From the NCBI GenBank assembly GCA_944389685.1, contig CALXNF010000010.1:1-34085 (forward strand): a stretch of 34,085 nucleotides of DNA, written 5' to 3'. Each line of letters opens with the position of its first letter. Positions within the stretch are counted from its first letter, which is position 1. A program made the translations under genes and the position numbers. The notes under the pieces are model-generated. The model worked only from the letters and a program-made list of their open reading frames with translations, was not told the DNA's origin and made no database searches. Source of the stretch: an uncultured Alphaproteobacteria bacterium. GTDB lineage: Bacteria; Pseudomonadota; Alphaproteobacteria; Rs-D84. Below, in pieces: positions 25,670 through 34,085 of the stretch.

Positions 25670-26074
25670 ATGTCACGCAGAAGAGTTAGAAATTCAGACG
25701 CATCAATTTCTTTGACACCGATGATTGACATCATGACGGTTTTGTTGGCTGTTTTTATGGTGACTACGCCTATGTTGACTACGGGTATTGATTTAAATTT
25801 GCCTAAGGCCGGTAATTCGGCTTTGACCGGTAATGATCATGCGGTTCAAATAAGCGTTGATAAAACTGGGCATTACTATGTTGGTAAAACAGAGATGTCT
25901 CAGGAGGATGCGGTTAAGAGGGTCATAGCGATGCGCGGTGAAAATCCTGATTTAACCATAATGATAAACGGTGACGCTGCGGCAGATTACGGTGCTGTTA
26001 TGTCCATAATGGGAAAATTGAAAAGTGCGGGCTTTCAAAAAGTTGGGTTGCGTACACAGTTAGATGTTGAATAA
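25670..26074 (+). CDS. tolR: TolR (ExbD/TolR family)
   Basis: ISLTPMIDIMTVLLAVFMV TM segment containing the conserved Asp, plus a periplasmic domain. Confidence 0.88.
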   Translation: MSRRRVRNSDASISLTPMIDIMTVLLAVFMVTTPMLTTGIDLNLPKAGNSALTGNDHAVQISVDKTGHYYVGKTEMSQEDAVKRVIAMRGENPDLTIMINGDAAADYGAVMSIMGKLKSAGFQKVGLRTQLDVE

Positions 26075-26861
26075 GTATATAATGAATCTAGGAAACAGAT
26101 TTTCTTCGGAAAATGTTTTGATGTCTGTGTGCGGACATCTTGCGTTGATTGCAATAATGTTGACATCGTTTGCTTTGGTCGTGGATAGGGCAAAATTAGT
26201 TGCGCCAGATAGAATAGAAATTTTAGAAATTGATTTAAATGCCGTACGTGTCGGTGGTGACGAGACAATATTGCATAATGTAAATGCTGATGCTGAACCA
26301 GAGCCGGAACCGGAACCAGAACCGGATGCCCCTGCCCCTGCACCTGTGCCGGATCCTGTTGAAGAAGTTTCTGACGAACCTATTGAGGCGCCGACGTTGA
26401 TTGAAAAAGAAACGCCTAAACAAGAAGTCCCAGAACCTGTCGTGAAACCCGTTGAAGATCAAGTAAAAGAAGATAAAAAAGAAGAAGCGCCCAAAAAGAA
26501 AAAAACGGTTGTTCGTGTAAATAGAGAAGTTGTTTCATTAGATAGAACGTTGACAGTATCTGTTGTTGATGCATTGCGCGTGGCAATGACACGCTGTTGG
26601 AATATAGATACAAAGCGTTCAGATATATCGGATATTCGGGCAGTAGCTCATCTGACTATGCGACGTAATGGTACTGTTCGTGATGTATGGTTTGAATCCG
26701 CGGCCCGCGCGGAAACAGATCCTGCATTTGCATATGTATTAGACACTATTCGTGCAGCAATAGACCTTTGTCAACCTTTCAAGATGTTGCCGACCGGTGA
26801 ATTTGATAAATGGGAAAAAATTCAGCTAACGTTTTACCCAACTCAGGGTAAAGTAATGTGA
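26064..26861 (+). CDS. tolA: TolA-like cell-envelope integrity protein
   Basis: N-terminal TM segment, an EPEPEPEPEPDAPAPAP / Lys-Glu linker, and a C-terminal TolA/TonB-type domain (RCWNID...LCQPF..LP). The start is ATG 26064 (overlapping tolR) or ATG 26082. Confidence 0.75.
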   Translation: MLNKYIMNLGNRFSSENVLMSVCGHLALIAIMLTSFALVVDRAKLVAPDRIEILEIDLNAVRVGGDETILHNVNADAEPEPEPEPEPDAPAPAPVPDPVEEVSDEPIEAPTLIEKETPKQEVPEPVVKPVEDQVKEDKKEEAPKKKKTVVRVNREVVSLDRTLTVSVVDALRVAMTRCWNIDTKRSDISDIRAVAHLTMRRNGTVRDVWFESAARAETDPAFAYVLDTIRAAIDLCQPFKMLPTGEFDKWEKIQLTFYPTQGKVM

Positions 26862-26972
26862 AGTAAAAGCTCATATTTTGGGCTTTTTCTTTGTTTTTAG
26901 GCAATTTTTTTATGCGCATTTTTTTTAATTTTGCGGTTGCCCTAGGGGTTCGTTTTTTGCTATTGTGCCGGT

Positions 26973-29900
26973 ATGGAAAAACAATTCGTTCATCTTCGTA
27001 CGCACTCAAGAATTTCAATCGGTTCTGGTACGCTAAAAATTAAGCAAATTCCAGAATTGTGCGTTAAAAATAATATGACTGCGTGTGCGTTGACGGACAC
27101 GAATATGATGTCTGGTTGTGCCGAGTTTTCAGATGTTATGCCAAAAAATAAAGTACAACCTATAATAGGAATAGAAATAAGTTTGAACCAACATAATGCT
27201 GATCCTAAAATATTAAGGGCGAACGCTTTATCGAAAATTGTTTTGTTGGCTCAGAATCATGAAGGTTATCTAAATTTGTGTGAACTTAGTCGTGTTATGT
27301 ACATGCGGCAAGAAAATCATCATCTTGGGCCTTATATTACGTTTGATGAACTAACAGAACATAGTAAAGGTTTGGTTTGTTTGTCGGGGGCACATACAGG
27401 GCCTATGGGGATGGCAATACTTAATAATCAAAATGCATTGGCGCGTCAATATGCGCAGCAATTTTTAGATATTTTTGGGGACAGGTTTTATATTGAAATA
27501 CAGCGGCATGGTTTAAACGACGAGATAAAGACGGAAAAAGAATTTCTAAACATTGCGTTGGAAAAGAACATTCCTATTGTTGCAACTAATGATGTGGTTT
27601 TTGCAACCAGTCGTGATTACGAAGCCGAGGATGCATTAAGTTGTGTTCTGGGGCAGACGAAAGTAATAGATCCTGATCGTCCTAGGAAGTCTTCGGAACA
27701 GTATTTTAAAACTGCTGATGAAATGGCAGAGCTTTTTTCTGATTTGCCAGAGGCAATAGAAAATACAGTTATAATTGCAAGCCGGTGTGGTTTTATGGTA
27801 AACGTTCATGAAAAACCGCTGCTGCCAAGATTTGGTAATGATTTGGAACAAGAGTGTCAAATGTTGCGCGATAATACTATGTCTGGGCTTGCCAAAAAGC
27901 TTTCGCAACATGGTATTACAGATACGAAACCTTATTATGAGCAGGCAGAATTCGAGCTGGGTGTAATTATTAATATGGGGTTCCCAGGATACTTTTTGAT
28001 TGTTGCAGATTATATTGATTGGTGTCGTAAGAATGACATATTGACAGGTCCGGGGCGCGGTTCTGGTGCTGGTTCTATTGTTGCGTGGGCTTTGGGAATT
28101 ACACATGTAAACCCTTTAAAGTATGGTTTGCTATTTGAGCGTTTTTTGAATCCAGATCGTATATCTATGCCTGATTTTGACGTTGATTTTGAACCGACTG
28201 GGATAGAACGGGTATTGGAATATATTTGTGACAAGTATGGTCACGATTCTGTATGTCGCATAATTACGTTCGGCAGTTTGCAGGCACGTGGTGCGATTCG
28301 AGACATCGGGCGTGTTTATGGTATCCCCTACTCTAAATCAGATAGATTATCTAAGTTAATACCGCAGGATGCAAAAACTTTAAAGGATGCGGTTGACGGT
28401 TCGCCAGAAATTCAGTCTGTTTTGCAGTCAGATGAAGATATGAAAAAGGTTGTCACGATTGCTGAAGAACTGGAAGGTTCGTTAAGAAATTTGGGGCAAC
28501 ACGCTTGTGGTGTTGTAATTGGAGACAGACCAACAACAAAAATTGCACCGGTATACAGAGACCCCGCCAATCAATTGCCATCATGTCAATTTGACGGGCA
28601 TTATTTGGAGTCTGCTGGGTTAATTAAGTTTGACTTTTTGGGATTGGAAACGTTGGCTGTTTTAAAATATGCTATAAAATTAATTCAGCAGACAAGGGGT
28701 ATAAATATTGATTTAGATAAGATACCGACTGATGATGCAAAAACTATGAAATTATGGCAGTCTGGAATGACAGAAGGTATATTCCAATTTGATGCGCCAT
28801 TTGTTCAGCAGACCTTGAGAAAGATGCATCCCACAAGTTTTTTAGAAATTTCTGCGTTAAATGCTTTAAATCGTCCGGGACCAATTGCTTTTATCCCACA
28901 GTTTATTGCGCGTATGCATGGTGAAGAAAAGGTCGAGTATGTACATCCGCGGGCCGAACCGATATTAAAAGAAACCTATGGTATTATAGTATATCAGGAA
29001 CAGGTAATGCAGCTAACGCGCGCATTAGCGGGTTTTACACGTGGTCAGTCTGATAACGTACGTAAGGCGATGGGAAAGAAAATCGCAAAGATGTTGGATG
29101 AATTGGAAGGCAAGTTTTATGAAGGGTGTGAAAAAGAACAGACTTTGAATCGCGAAGAGGCAAAAGCTTTATGGGAAAAGTTTAAAGAATTTGCAAAATA
29201 TGCTTTTAATAAATCTCATGCAATTGCCTATTCCATAGTTGCAAATCAGTGTGCTTATTTGAAAGCAAATTATACACCAGAGTTTTTGGCGGCTTCAATG
29301 TCCAGTAATCTTAATGATACGGATCAATTGGCTTTATTCGTGGATGACGCCAAGTCAAATTTTGGTATTCAGATTGTGGCTCCGGATATAAACGAAAGTG
29401 AGTCATTATTTACAGTAAAAAACGGAAAAATCATTTATGCTTTAGCTGCTATTAAAGGTGTGGGAACGGTTGCTACAGATGCGATAGTCGCAGAAAGAAA
29501 TGCAAACGGTAAGTTTAAAAATTTAACTGATTTTGCAAAACGTTGTGCACCAATAATTAATAAAAGAATTTTAGAGGCGTTCGCTAAAGTTGGGGTATTG
29601 GATTCGTTGGAACCAAATCGTGCAGCAATATTTATGAATGCGGATGCAATTTTATCGTACGCTTCTAAGTCGCGTGGTGGATCTAATGCGTTATCTTTGT
29701 TTGCAAATACAGTAGAAGATGACGTTGCAGAAGATAGATTAAAGAAGAACTTACCTAATACAGCTGCGTGGACGTTTGGACAAAGACTAGAAAATGAGTT
29801 ATCCGCATTAGGTTTTTATATTTCGGCTCATCCCCTAGACCAGTATAAACATTTGATAAAGCGTGCAAAATTAGCAACCAGTTCTAGTTTAACATCTCTT

Positions 29901-30383
29901 GGAGATAGAAAACAGGTTCAAATTGCCGCAACAGTAAACTCTTTTTCTAGGCGCCGTACCAAAGCAGGAAAGGAAATGATAACTATAAATGCTTCAGATA
30001 GTTTTGGTAATATTGATGCTGTTGCTTTTGGGCAGGTTTCTTTAGAATTAGCACAAATGCTGTCTAATGAAACATTGGTTTTGATTTCTGGCAAGACATC
30101 GTGTCGTGATGATAGAGTATCGATATTCGTTGATTCTATAGTGCCTTTAACGCAATGGGTGGCTAAAATCGCAAAAAAAATAACGCTAGATATATATGAT
30201 GGTAAAGTTTTACCAGATGTAAAAAAAGCACTTACTGCGTTGCCTGCGGGCAAAACGAAAGTTTTATTGAATCTTCATGCAACAGATAAAGTTGCAGCAA
30301 TGGCTTTACCTGGGGGGGTAGAATTAGGGGCAACTACTGCAAATGATTTAGTTAATCTAGGTATAAAGGTTGAGATAGAATAA
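26973..30383 (+). CDS. dnaE: DNA polymerase III alpha subunit
   Basis: 1136 aa. PHP N-terminus FVHLRTHS, GPGRGSGAGSIVAWALGIT, PDFDVDF, the palm/fingers blocks, and a C-terminal OB region. Confidence 0.97.
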   Translation: MEKQFVHLRTHSRISIGSGTLKIKQIPELCVKNNMTACALTDTNMMSGCAEFSDVMPKNKVQPIIGIEISLNQHNADPKILRANALSKIVLLAQNHEGYLNLCELSRVMYMRQENHHLGPYITFDELTEHSKGLVCLSGAHTGPMGMAILNNQNALARQYAQQFLDIFGDRFYIEIQRHGLNDEIKTEKEFLNIALEKNIPIVATNDVVFATSRDYEAEDALSCVLGQTKVIDPDRPRKSSEQYFKTADEMAELFSDLPEAIENTVIIASRCGFMVNVHEKPLLPRFGNDLEQECQMLRDNTMSGLAKKLSQHGITDTKPYYEQAEFELGVIINMGFPGYFLIVADYIDWCRKNDILTGPGRGSGAGSIVAWALGITHVNPLKYGLLFERFLNPDRISMPDFDVDFEPTGIERVLEYICDKYGHDSVCRIITFGSLQARGAIRDIGRVYGIPYSKSDRLSKLIPQDAKTLKDAVDGSPEIQSVLQSDEDMKKVVTIAEELEGSLRNLGQHACGVVIGDRPTTKIAPVYRDPANQLPSCQFDGHYLESAGLIKFDFLGLETLAVLKYAIKLIQQTRGINIDLDKIPTDDAKTMKLWQSGMTEGIFQFDAPFVQQTLRKMHPTSFLEISALNALNRPGPIAFIPQFIARMHGEEKVEYVHPRAEPILKETYGIIVYQEQVMQLTRALAGFTRGQSDNVRKAMGKKIAKMLDELEGKFYEGCEKEQTLNREEAKALWEKFKEFAKYAFNKSHAIAYSIVANQCAYLKANYTPEFLAASMSSNLNDTDQLALFVDDAKSNFGIQIVAPDINESESLFTVKNGKIIYALAAIKGVGTVATDAIVAERNANGKFKNLTDFAKRCAPIINKRILEAFAKVGVLDSLEPNRAAIFMNADAILSYASKSRGGSNALSLFANTVEDDVAEDRLKKNLPNTAAWTFGQRLENELSALGFYISAHPLDQYKHLIKRAKLATSSSLTSLGDRKQVQIAATVNSFSRRRTKAGKEMITINASDSFGNIDAVAFGQVSLELAQMLSNETLVLISGKTSCRDDRVSIFVDSIVPLTQWVAKIAKKITLDIYDGKVLPDVKKALTALPAGKTKVLLNLHATDKVAAMALPGGVELGATTANDLVNLGIKVEIE

Positions 30384-31229
30384 ATGAAACACATTCCTGT
30401 ATTGTTAAATTCTGTAATGAAAGCATTAGGTTCTCTTCATGGTAAGAAAGTGGTTGATGCAACCTTTGGGGCTGGTGGTTATTCCAGAGCTTTTTTAGAT
30501 GCAGGTGCAACCGTTGTGGCTTTTGATAGAGACCCAAATGTTATAGCAGATGCGGAAAAGCTGAAAGAAAAGTTCAAAGAAAGATTTAAATTTATGCCCT
30601 TCCCTTTTTCTCATATTTCTGAATTATCTGACGAGTATGACGCAATAGTTTTTGATTTGGGGATTTCTTCTATGCAGATAGATATACCTGAACGTGGTTT
30701 TTCTTTTCGGGGGGATGGACCGCTAGATATGCGTATGTCTGGTACGGGGGGATCGGCGGCAGACTTAATTGCTGAATCTTCTGTTGAAGAATTAGCTAGG
30801 ATATTGAAAGAATACGGTGACATAAAAAAATCTATGCTTTTAGCGCGCGTAATAAAAAATGCGTTACCAAAAACGACGCACGAATTAAAAAAATTAATTC
30901 GTAATCCTAAAGATATTGCGCCTGTTTTTCAGGCGTTACGTATCGCTGTTAACGACGAAATGGGAGAGCTTACAAAAGCTTTAAATGCGGTTCCAGAGAA
31001 ATTAAAGATTGGTGGTAAGTGTGTTTGTGTGACTTTTCATTCGGTTGAGGATAGAATAGTAAAAAGCATCTTTCGAGAATGGACGTCACCTGTCGGTGAC
31101 CCAAGAATGCCGGTTCTAGAAGAAGCTCGTTTTTCTTTAATAAGGGTTGCGGTTCCTTCGGAAGAAGAAATTGCAAATAATTCAAGGGCGCGTAGCGCAC
31201 ATATGAGAGGTGTGATAAAATCATATTGA
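30384..31229 (+). CDS. rsmH: 16S rRNA (cytosine1402-N4)-methyltransferase RsmH/MraW
   Basis: HIPVLL, DATFGAGGYS, FDLGISSMQID, RGFSF, GPLDMRM. The ATG directly abuts the dnaE stop. Confidence 0.92.
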   Translation: MKHIPVLLNSVMKALGSLHGKKVVDATFGAGGYSRAFLDAGATVVAFDRDPNVIADAEKLKEKFKERFKFMPFPFSHISELSDEYDAIVFDLGISSMQIDIPERGFSFRGDGPLDMRMSGTGGSAADLIAESSVEELARILKEYGDIKKSMLLARVIKNALPKTTHELKKLIRNPKDIAPVFQALRIAVNDEMGELTKALNAVPEKLKIGGKCVCVTFHSVEDRIVKSIFREWTSPVGDPRMPVLEEARFSLIRVAVPSEEEIANNSRARSAHMRGVIKSY

Positions 31230-31286
31230 CCACGTTGCGGTAATTTTTGTACGATTATAAAAAATAAAAAAGGTAAGGATCTGGTT

Positions 31287-31796
31287 ATGAAAAAATTTTT
31301 TTCTTCTGTTGTTTTTGCCGCGTTAGCGATAATGATGTTTTTACCGATTGCCCAGGCCGTTTGTCCTGTTTGTACGGTTGCCGTTGGTGCCGGATTAGAA
31401 GGAATGCGGTTGTTAGGTGTTGACGATGTAATAACAGGTATATGGGCGGGAGGTTTGACGCTATCTTTGTTTTTTTGGACTGCAGGTTGGTTAAAAAAAC
31501 ATAATGTGAAAAGTGTATTTTGGCAAATCGTTGTTCCTTTTGTGTTTTATTACGGGCTGCTAGCGTTGGTATATGCTTTGCCTGGTGTTCAGTTTGGAAT
31601 GGCGACGTTATGGGGAATTGATAAGTTTTTATTAGGAATAATCGTTGGTACGGTCGCCTTCTATTTCGGCGCCCGTTGGTATGTCAAAATAAAAAGAGAT
31701 AATGGTGGTCACGCAAAATTTGCGTTTCAAAAGGTGGTTGTGCCGTTGTCGTTTTTGATTGTTGTGACCATAATATTTTGGCTTATAACGATGTAA
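31287..31796 (+). CDS. Hypothetical polytopic membrane protein with N-terminal CPVC motif
   Basis: Signal/TM segment MKKFFSSVVFAALAIMMFLPIAQA, then VCPVCTVAVGAG and about 4 further TM segments. SD AAGGTAAGGA. Confidence 0.65.
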   Translation: MKKFFSSVVFAALAIMMFLPIAQAVCPVCTVAVGAGLEGMRLLGVDDVITGIWAGGLTLSLFFWTAGWLKKHNVKSVFWQIVVPFVFYYGLLALVYALPGVQFGMATLWGIDKFLLGIIVGTVAFYFGARWYVKIKRDNGGHAKFAFQKVVVPLSFLIVVTIIFWLITM

Positions 31797-31824
31797 AAAT
31801 TTATCTAAAGGAAGGAAGGAAGAT

Positions 31825-32466
31825 ATGAAAGAAAAATCTATAAAGTCAGCAAAAAAGACAGTTAAAAAGTCTAAAAAAACTGAGAAGATGTCGTTAGAAG
31901 AAATGGTCGCGAAGGTTGACGCGTCTAAGAAAGTAAACCCTTTGGATTTATCATCAGATCAAGATTTATCTATCGCATTGATGAATTTGATTTCTTTGGA
32001 AGAACATTTCTTTTTTAGCGGTGCTAAAACTCAAAAAACAGGTTTTTATGATCTTATAAATACAGTTCGTGATATGCGCAAAGATTTAATGGCACGAATT
32101 GTAAAAAAATCTACATCAGAAAATGGTGAAGTATGGTGCATTTCTAAACACTTGTTGGCCGCGTCTATGAGAATAATGGAAGTTGGAACAAAAGCTTTAG
32201 GGGCTGGTAATAAAAAAGACGCATATGATTTATTTAATAAATCTTATGAATTATACTCTTTGTTCTGGGGTATAAATATGGATTTAATAGATTTAAGCGG
32301 TGTAAAGAAAATTGCGCCGGAGGTTTATGACCATGCAATGAAGGCTTGTTCTATGACGACGAAGAGTTCCGAAAATGTAAAGGAACAAAAAGTTGCTGAA
32401 TCAAAATCAGCAGTACGTCGTTTGGGCGATTGGGTAAAAAATGCGGTAAATTGCTGTATAGAATAA
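31825..32466 (+). CDS. Hypothetical protein (213 aa), Lys-rich N-terminus, C-terminal CC
   Basis: SD GGAAGGAAGGAAG upstream. No TM segment and no signal peptide. No family motif recognised. Confidence 0.6.
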   Translation: MKEKSIKSAKKTVKKSKKTEKMSLEEMVAKVDASKKVNPLDLSSDQDLSIALMNLISLEEHFFFSGAKTQKTGFYDLINTVRDMRKDLMARIVKKSTSENGEVWCISKHLLAASMRIMEVGTKALGAGNKKDAYDLFNKSYELYSLFWGINMDLIDLSGVKKIAPEVYDHAMKACSMTTKSSENVKEQKVAESKSAVRRLGDWVKNAVNCCIE

Positions 32467-32525
32467 ATTGGCTATTGATTAATACCACTATAAAGTGATA
32501 AAATATGACGAGAGAGATGTAAATA

Positions 32526-34085
32526 TTGAAAATAAAGTTTTTTAATTTTTGCAAGTATTCTTTTGCTTTGACCGCTTTTTTGGGGGTGTTTGGTTCTGTT
32601 TTTGCGGAACAGGCTTCTAACCCTCGGGGTGAGAATACGGTAAATGTAAACATAACAGAAAATAGCAACCCAACTGCTACAACAAGGGCTGCAAGTAATC
32701 GTGTTGTCCGGTCAAACGACGGGAATTCTTCTGTTTCATCTCGTTCAAGTTCATCAAGTGTGTCACGTAGCGCTGTGTCTCGTCCAACGTCTACTGTTTC
32801 TCGCAGTGCAGTGGCTCCTTCTTCAACCTCAAAAAGTGTTGTTACAGGAAGAAGTGGTACAGTTGTTCAGACAGCGCCTTCTGCAGGTTCTGCATCGGCA
32901 AGAAGTGCGACAACAAATGCGCGTGCGGCTTCTACTAATGTGGCGCGAAGCGCAACAAATTCCGCCCGTGCGGCTGCCAATAATTCTGTTGTTGGGCTGT
33001 CTCGTGGGGCGGCTACTGCACGGGCGACGGCAGTGTTTTCTGACATTTCTGCAATTGGTGGCGGATATGCAAAATGTCGTGAAGCGTATGCAACCTGTAT
33101 GGATCAGTTTTGTGCAAATGCTAATGATACGTATCGTAGATGTGTATGTAGTGCCCGTTATGATGAATTTCGTAATACAGAAAGTGCAATTGACGAAGCG
33201 CTTAATTTGCTTGCCCAGTTTGAAGATAATAATTTAGCAGCAGTTGAGCTGTCGGCAGAAGAAGTAAATGCTATGTATTCTGCAACAGAAGGTGAAATGG
33301 CAATAAAAAGTGATACCAGTGCTGCGGCAAGTATGTTGGCAGAGATAAATGATTTGTTGGCCGGGAGAAAAAGTGTAGAAACCACAGATCTTAGTGGGGC
33401 GTCTTTAGGTTTGATTACGGTAGATTTTACGTCTGATATTGATGACATTTGGGGAACTGCCGGATCGTCTATATTTGATACGTCAACAGGTGTAGATTTA
33501 ACTTCTTTAACAGGTCAGGATTTGTATACGCAAGCAAGTAAGCAATGTCTGGAGGTAATAGCGGACTCTTGTGAAAATGATGCTGTTTTGACGATGGCAC
33601 GAAGCGCGTATGGGATAATGATAACTCAAGACTGTAATTTATATGAAAAAAATATAAATTCTCAGAAAGAAAGTTTGGAACAAACAGTTCGTACTGCTGA
33701 AAAGTATTTGCGCGAAGCGCGTTTGGCAGAATATCAATCACATAATTCAGCGGATGTTAACGAGTGTATAGCGAGCGTTCGTTCTGCGATACAATCTGAT
33801 GCGGCGTGTGGGGCAAACTATCAAAAATGTTTGGACTATACTGGGGCTTACATAAACCAGAATACGGGTGAACCAATTTATTCGCCACGTTTATTTCAAT
33901 TAGAAGATTTGATAACTTTGCCGGGGGTTAACTCAAGTAATGCAAATGATATTTTAGGCGCTAATCCTGAGTTCAATTCGTTCTTAGAAAGCAGACGTAT
34001 GTTTGCGGAAAGTGCGTTGGATACATGTCGTGATATCTCAGACATAGTTTGGGAAGAATTTAAGCGTCAGGCATTGATTGAAATT
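32526..34085 (+). CDS. Large secreted protein, Ser/Arg/Ala-rich low-complexity region followed by a Cys-rich helical domain (3'-truncated by window edge; not in the ORF track)
   Basis: The frame is open for 520 codons, from TTG 32526 (just after an in-frame TAA at 32520-32522) to the last base of the window. Signal peptide (M)KIKFFNFCKYSFALTAFLGVFGSVFA|EQ. Coherent coding composition. The tracked ORFs 32701..33237 (+), 33158..33448 (-) and 33469..33741 (-) are alternate-frame shadows of it. Confidence 0.75.
   Translation, partial: MKIKFFNFCKYSFALTAFLGVFGSVFAEQASNPRGENTVNVNITENSNPTATTRAASNRVVRSNDGNSSVSSRSSSSSVSRSAVSRPTSTVSRSAVAPSSTSKSVVTGRSGTVVQTAPSAGSASARSATTNARAASTNVARSATNSARAAANNSVVGLSRGAATARATAVFSDISAIGGGYAKCREAYATCMDQFCANANDTYRRCVCSARYDEFRNTESAIDEALNLLAQFEDNNLAAVELSAEEVNAMYSATEGEMAIKSDTSAAASMLAEINDLLAGRKSVETTDLSGASLGLITVDFTSDIDDIWGTAGSSIFDTSTGVDLTSLTGQDLYTQASKQCLEVIADSCENDAVLTMARSAYGIMITQDCNLYEKNINSQKESLEQTVRTAEKYLREARLAEYQSHNSADVNECIASVRSAIQSDAACGANYQKCLDYTGAYINQNTGEPIYSPRLFQLEDLITLPGVNSSNANDILGANPEFNSFLESRRMFAESALDTCRDISDIVWEEFKRQALIEI

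Noticed and set aside
26295-26327. The GAACCNGARCCGGAACC... hexanucleotide-like repeat encoding (EP)5, considered as a possible tandem repeat or phase-variation site.
   Set aside because: It is short, imperfect and in-frame, and such linkers are typical of TolA/TonB. Nothing suggests it is a regulatory repeat.
26035-26462. Antisense ORFs (102 and 75 aa) across the tolR/tolA junction and the tolA linker.
   Set aside because: They are the complement of the Pro/Glu-rich coding repeat (R/F/W-rich translation) and overlap well-supported tol genes.
32701-33741. Tracked ORFs 32701..33237 (+), 33158..33448 (-) and 33469..33741 (-).
   Set aside because: All lie within the 520-codon open frame starting at 32526. 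Their L/Q-rich or S/A-rich translations are low-complexity artefacts.
1-34085. Screened by eye for CRISPR arrays, IS elements or transposases, integrases, phage structural genes, toxin-antitoxin pairs, reverse transcriptases and long direct or inverted repeats.
   Set aside because: None was recognised. The only recurrent DNA-level structures are the A-run/hairpin/T-run terminators at gene ends. A computational repeat search was not possible here.

Overview
This is a visibly AT-rich chromosomal segment. It is most consistent with an alphaproteobacterium with a compact genome: a GcrA cell-cycle regulator is present, and ruvB-ybgC-tolQ-tolR-tolA synteny and alpha-type TolA and S9 features are seen. 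About three quarters of the window is housekeeping: acpS, tRNA-Pro, corA, adk, rpsA, thyA, tig, rplM-rpsI, argS, an EnvZ/OmpR-type two-component pair, ruvB, an HD hydrolase, ybgC-tolQRA, dnaE and rsmH. Convergent gene pairs are closed by clean bidirectional hairpin terminators. I saw no CRISPR array, IS element, transposase, integrase, rRNA or prophage gene.

The non-housekeeping content is:
- **Left edge:** a 5'-truncated EcoRI-type adenine methyltransferase is coupled to a phospholipase-D/Nuc-family nuclease. The nuclease carries an extra N-terminal domain and a signal-like helix.
- **Best candidate for something undescribed (6698->1645, minus strand):** a tightly coupled operon opened by a short prepilin-peptidase-type (A24/GxGD) aspartyl protease. 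It is followed by four Sec-signal proteins of 305, 500, 582 and about 106 aa that I cannot place in any family. The 500- and 582-aa proteins share an unusual Gly/Ala-rich membrane-hairpin architecture.
- **Orphan proteins elsewhere:** several further secreted or bitopic, cysteine-bearing orphan proteins occur at 7367-9412 and 21422-22345.
- **Untracked ORF:** a TTG-initiated ORF of at least 520 codons runs from 32526 off the right edge. It is absent from the supplied ORF track because it has no stop codon in the window.

All functional calls rest on motif recognition by eye. No database search was run.
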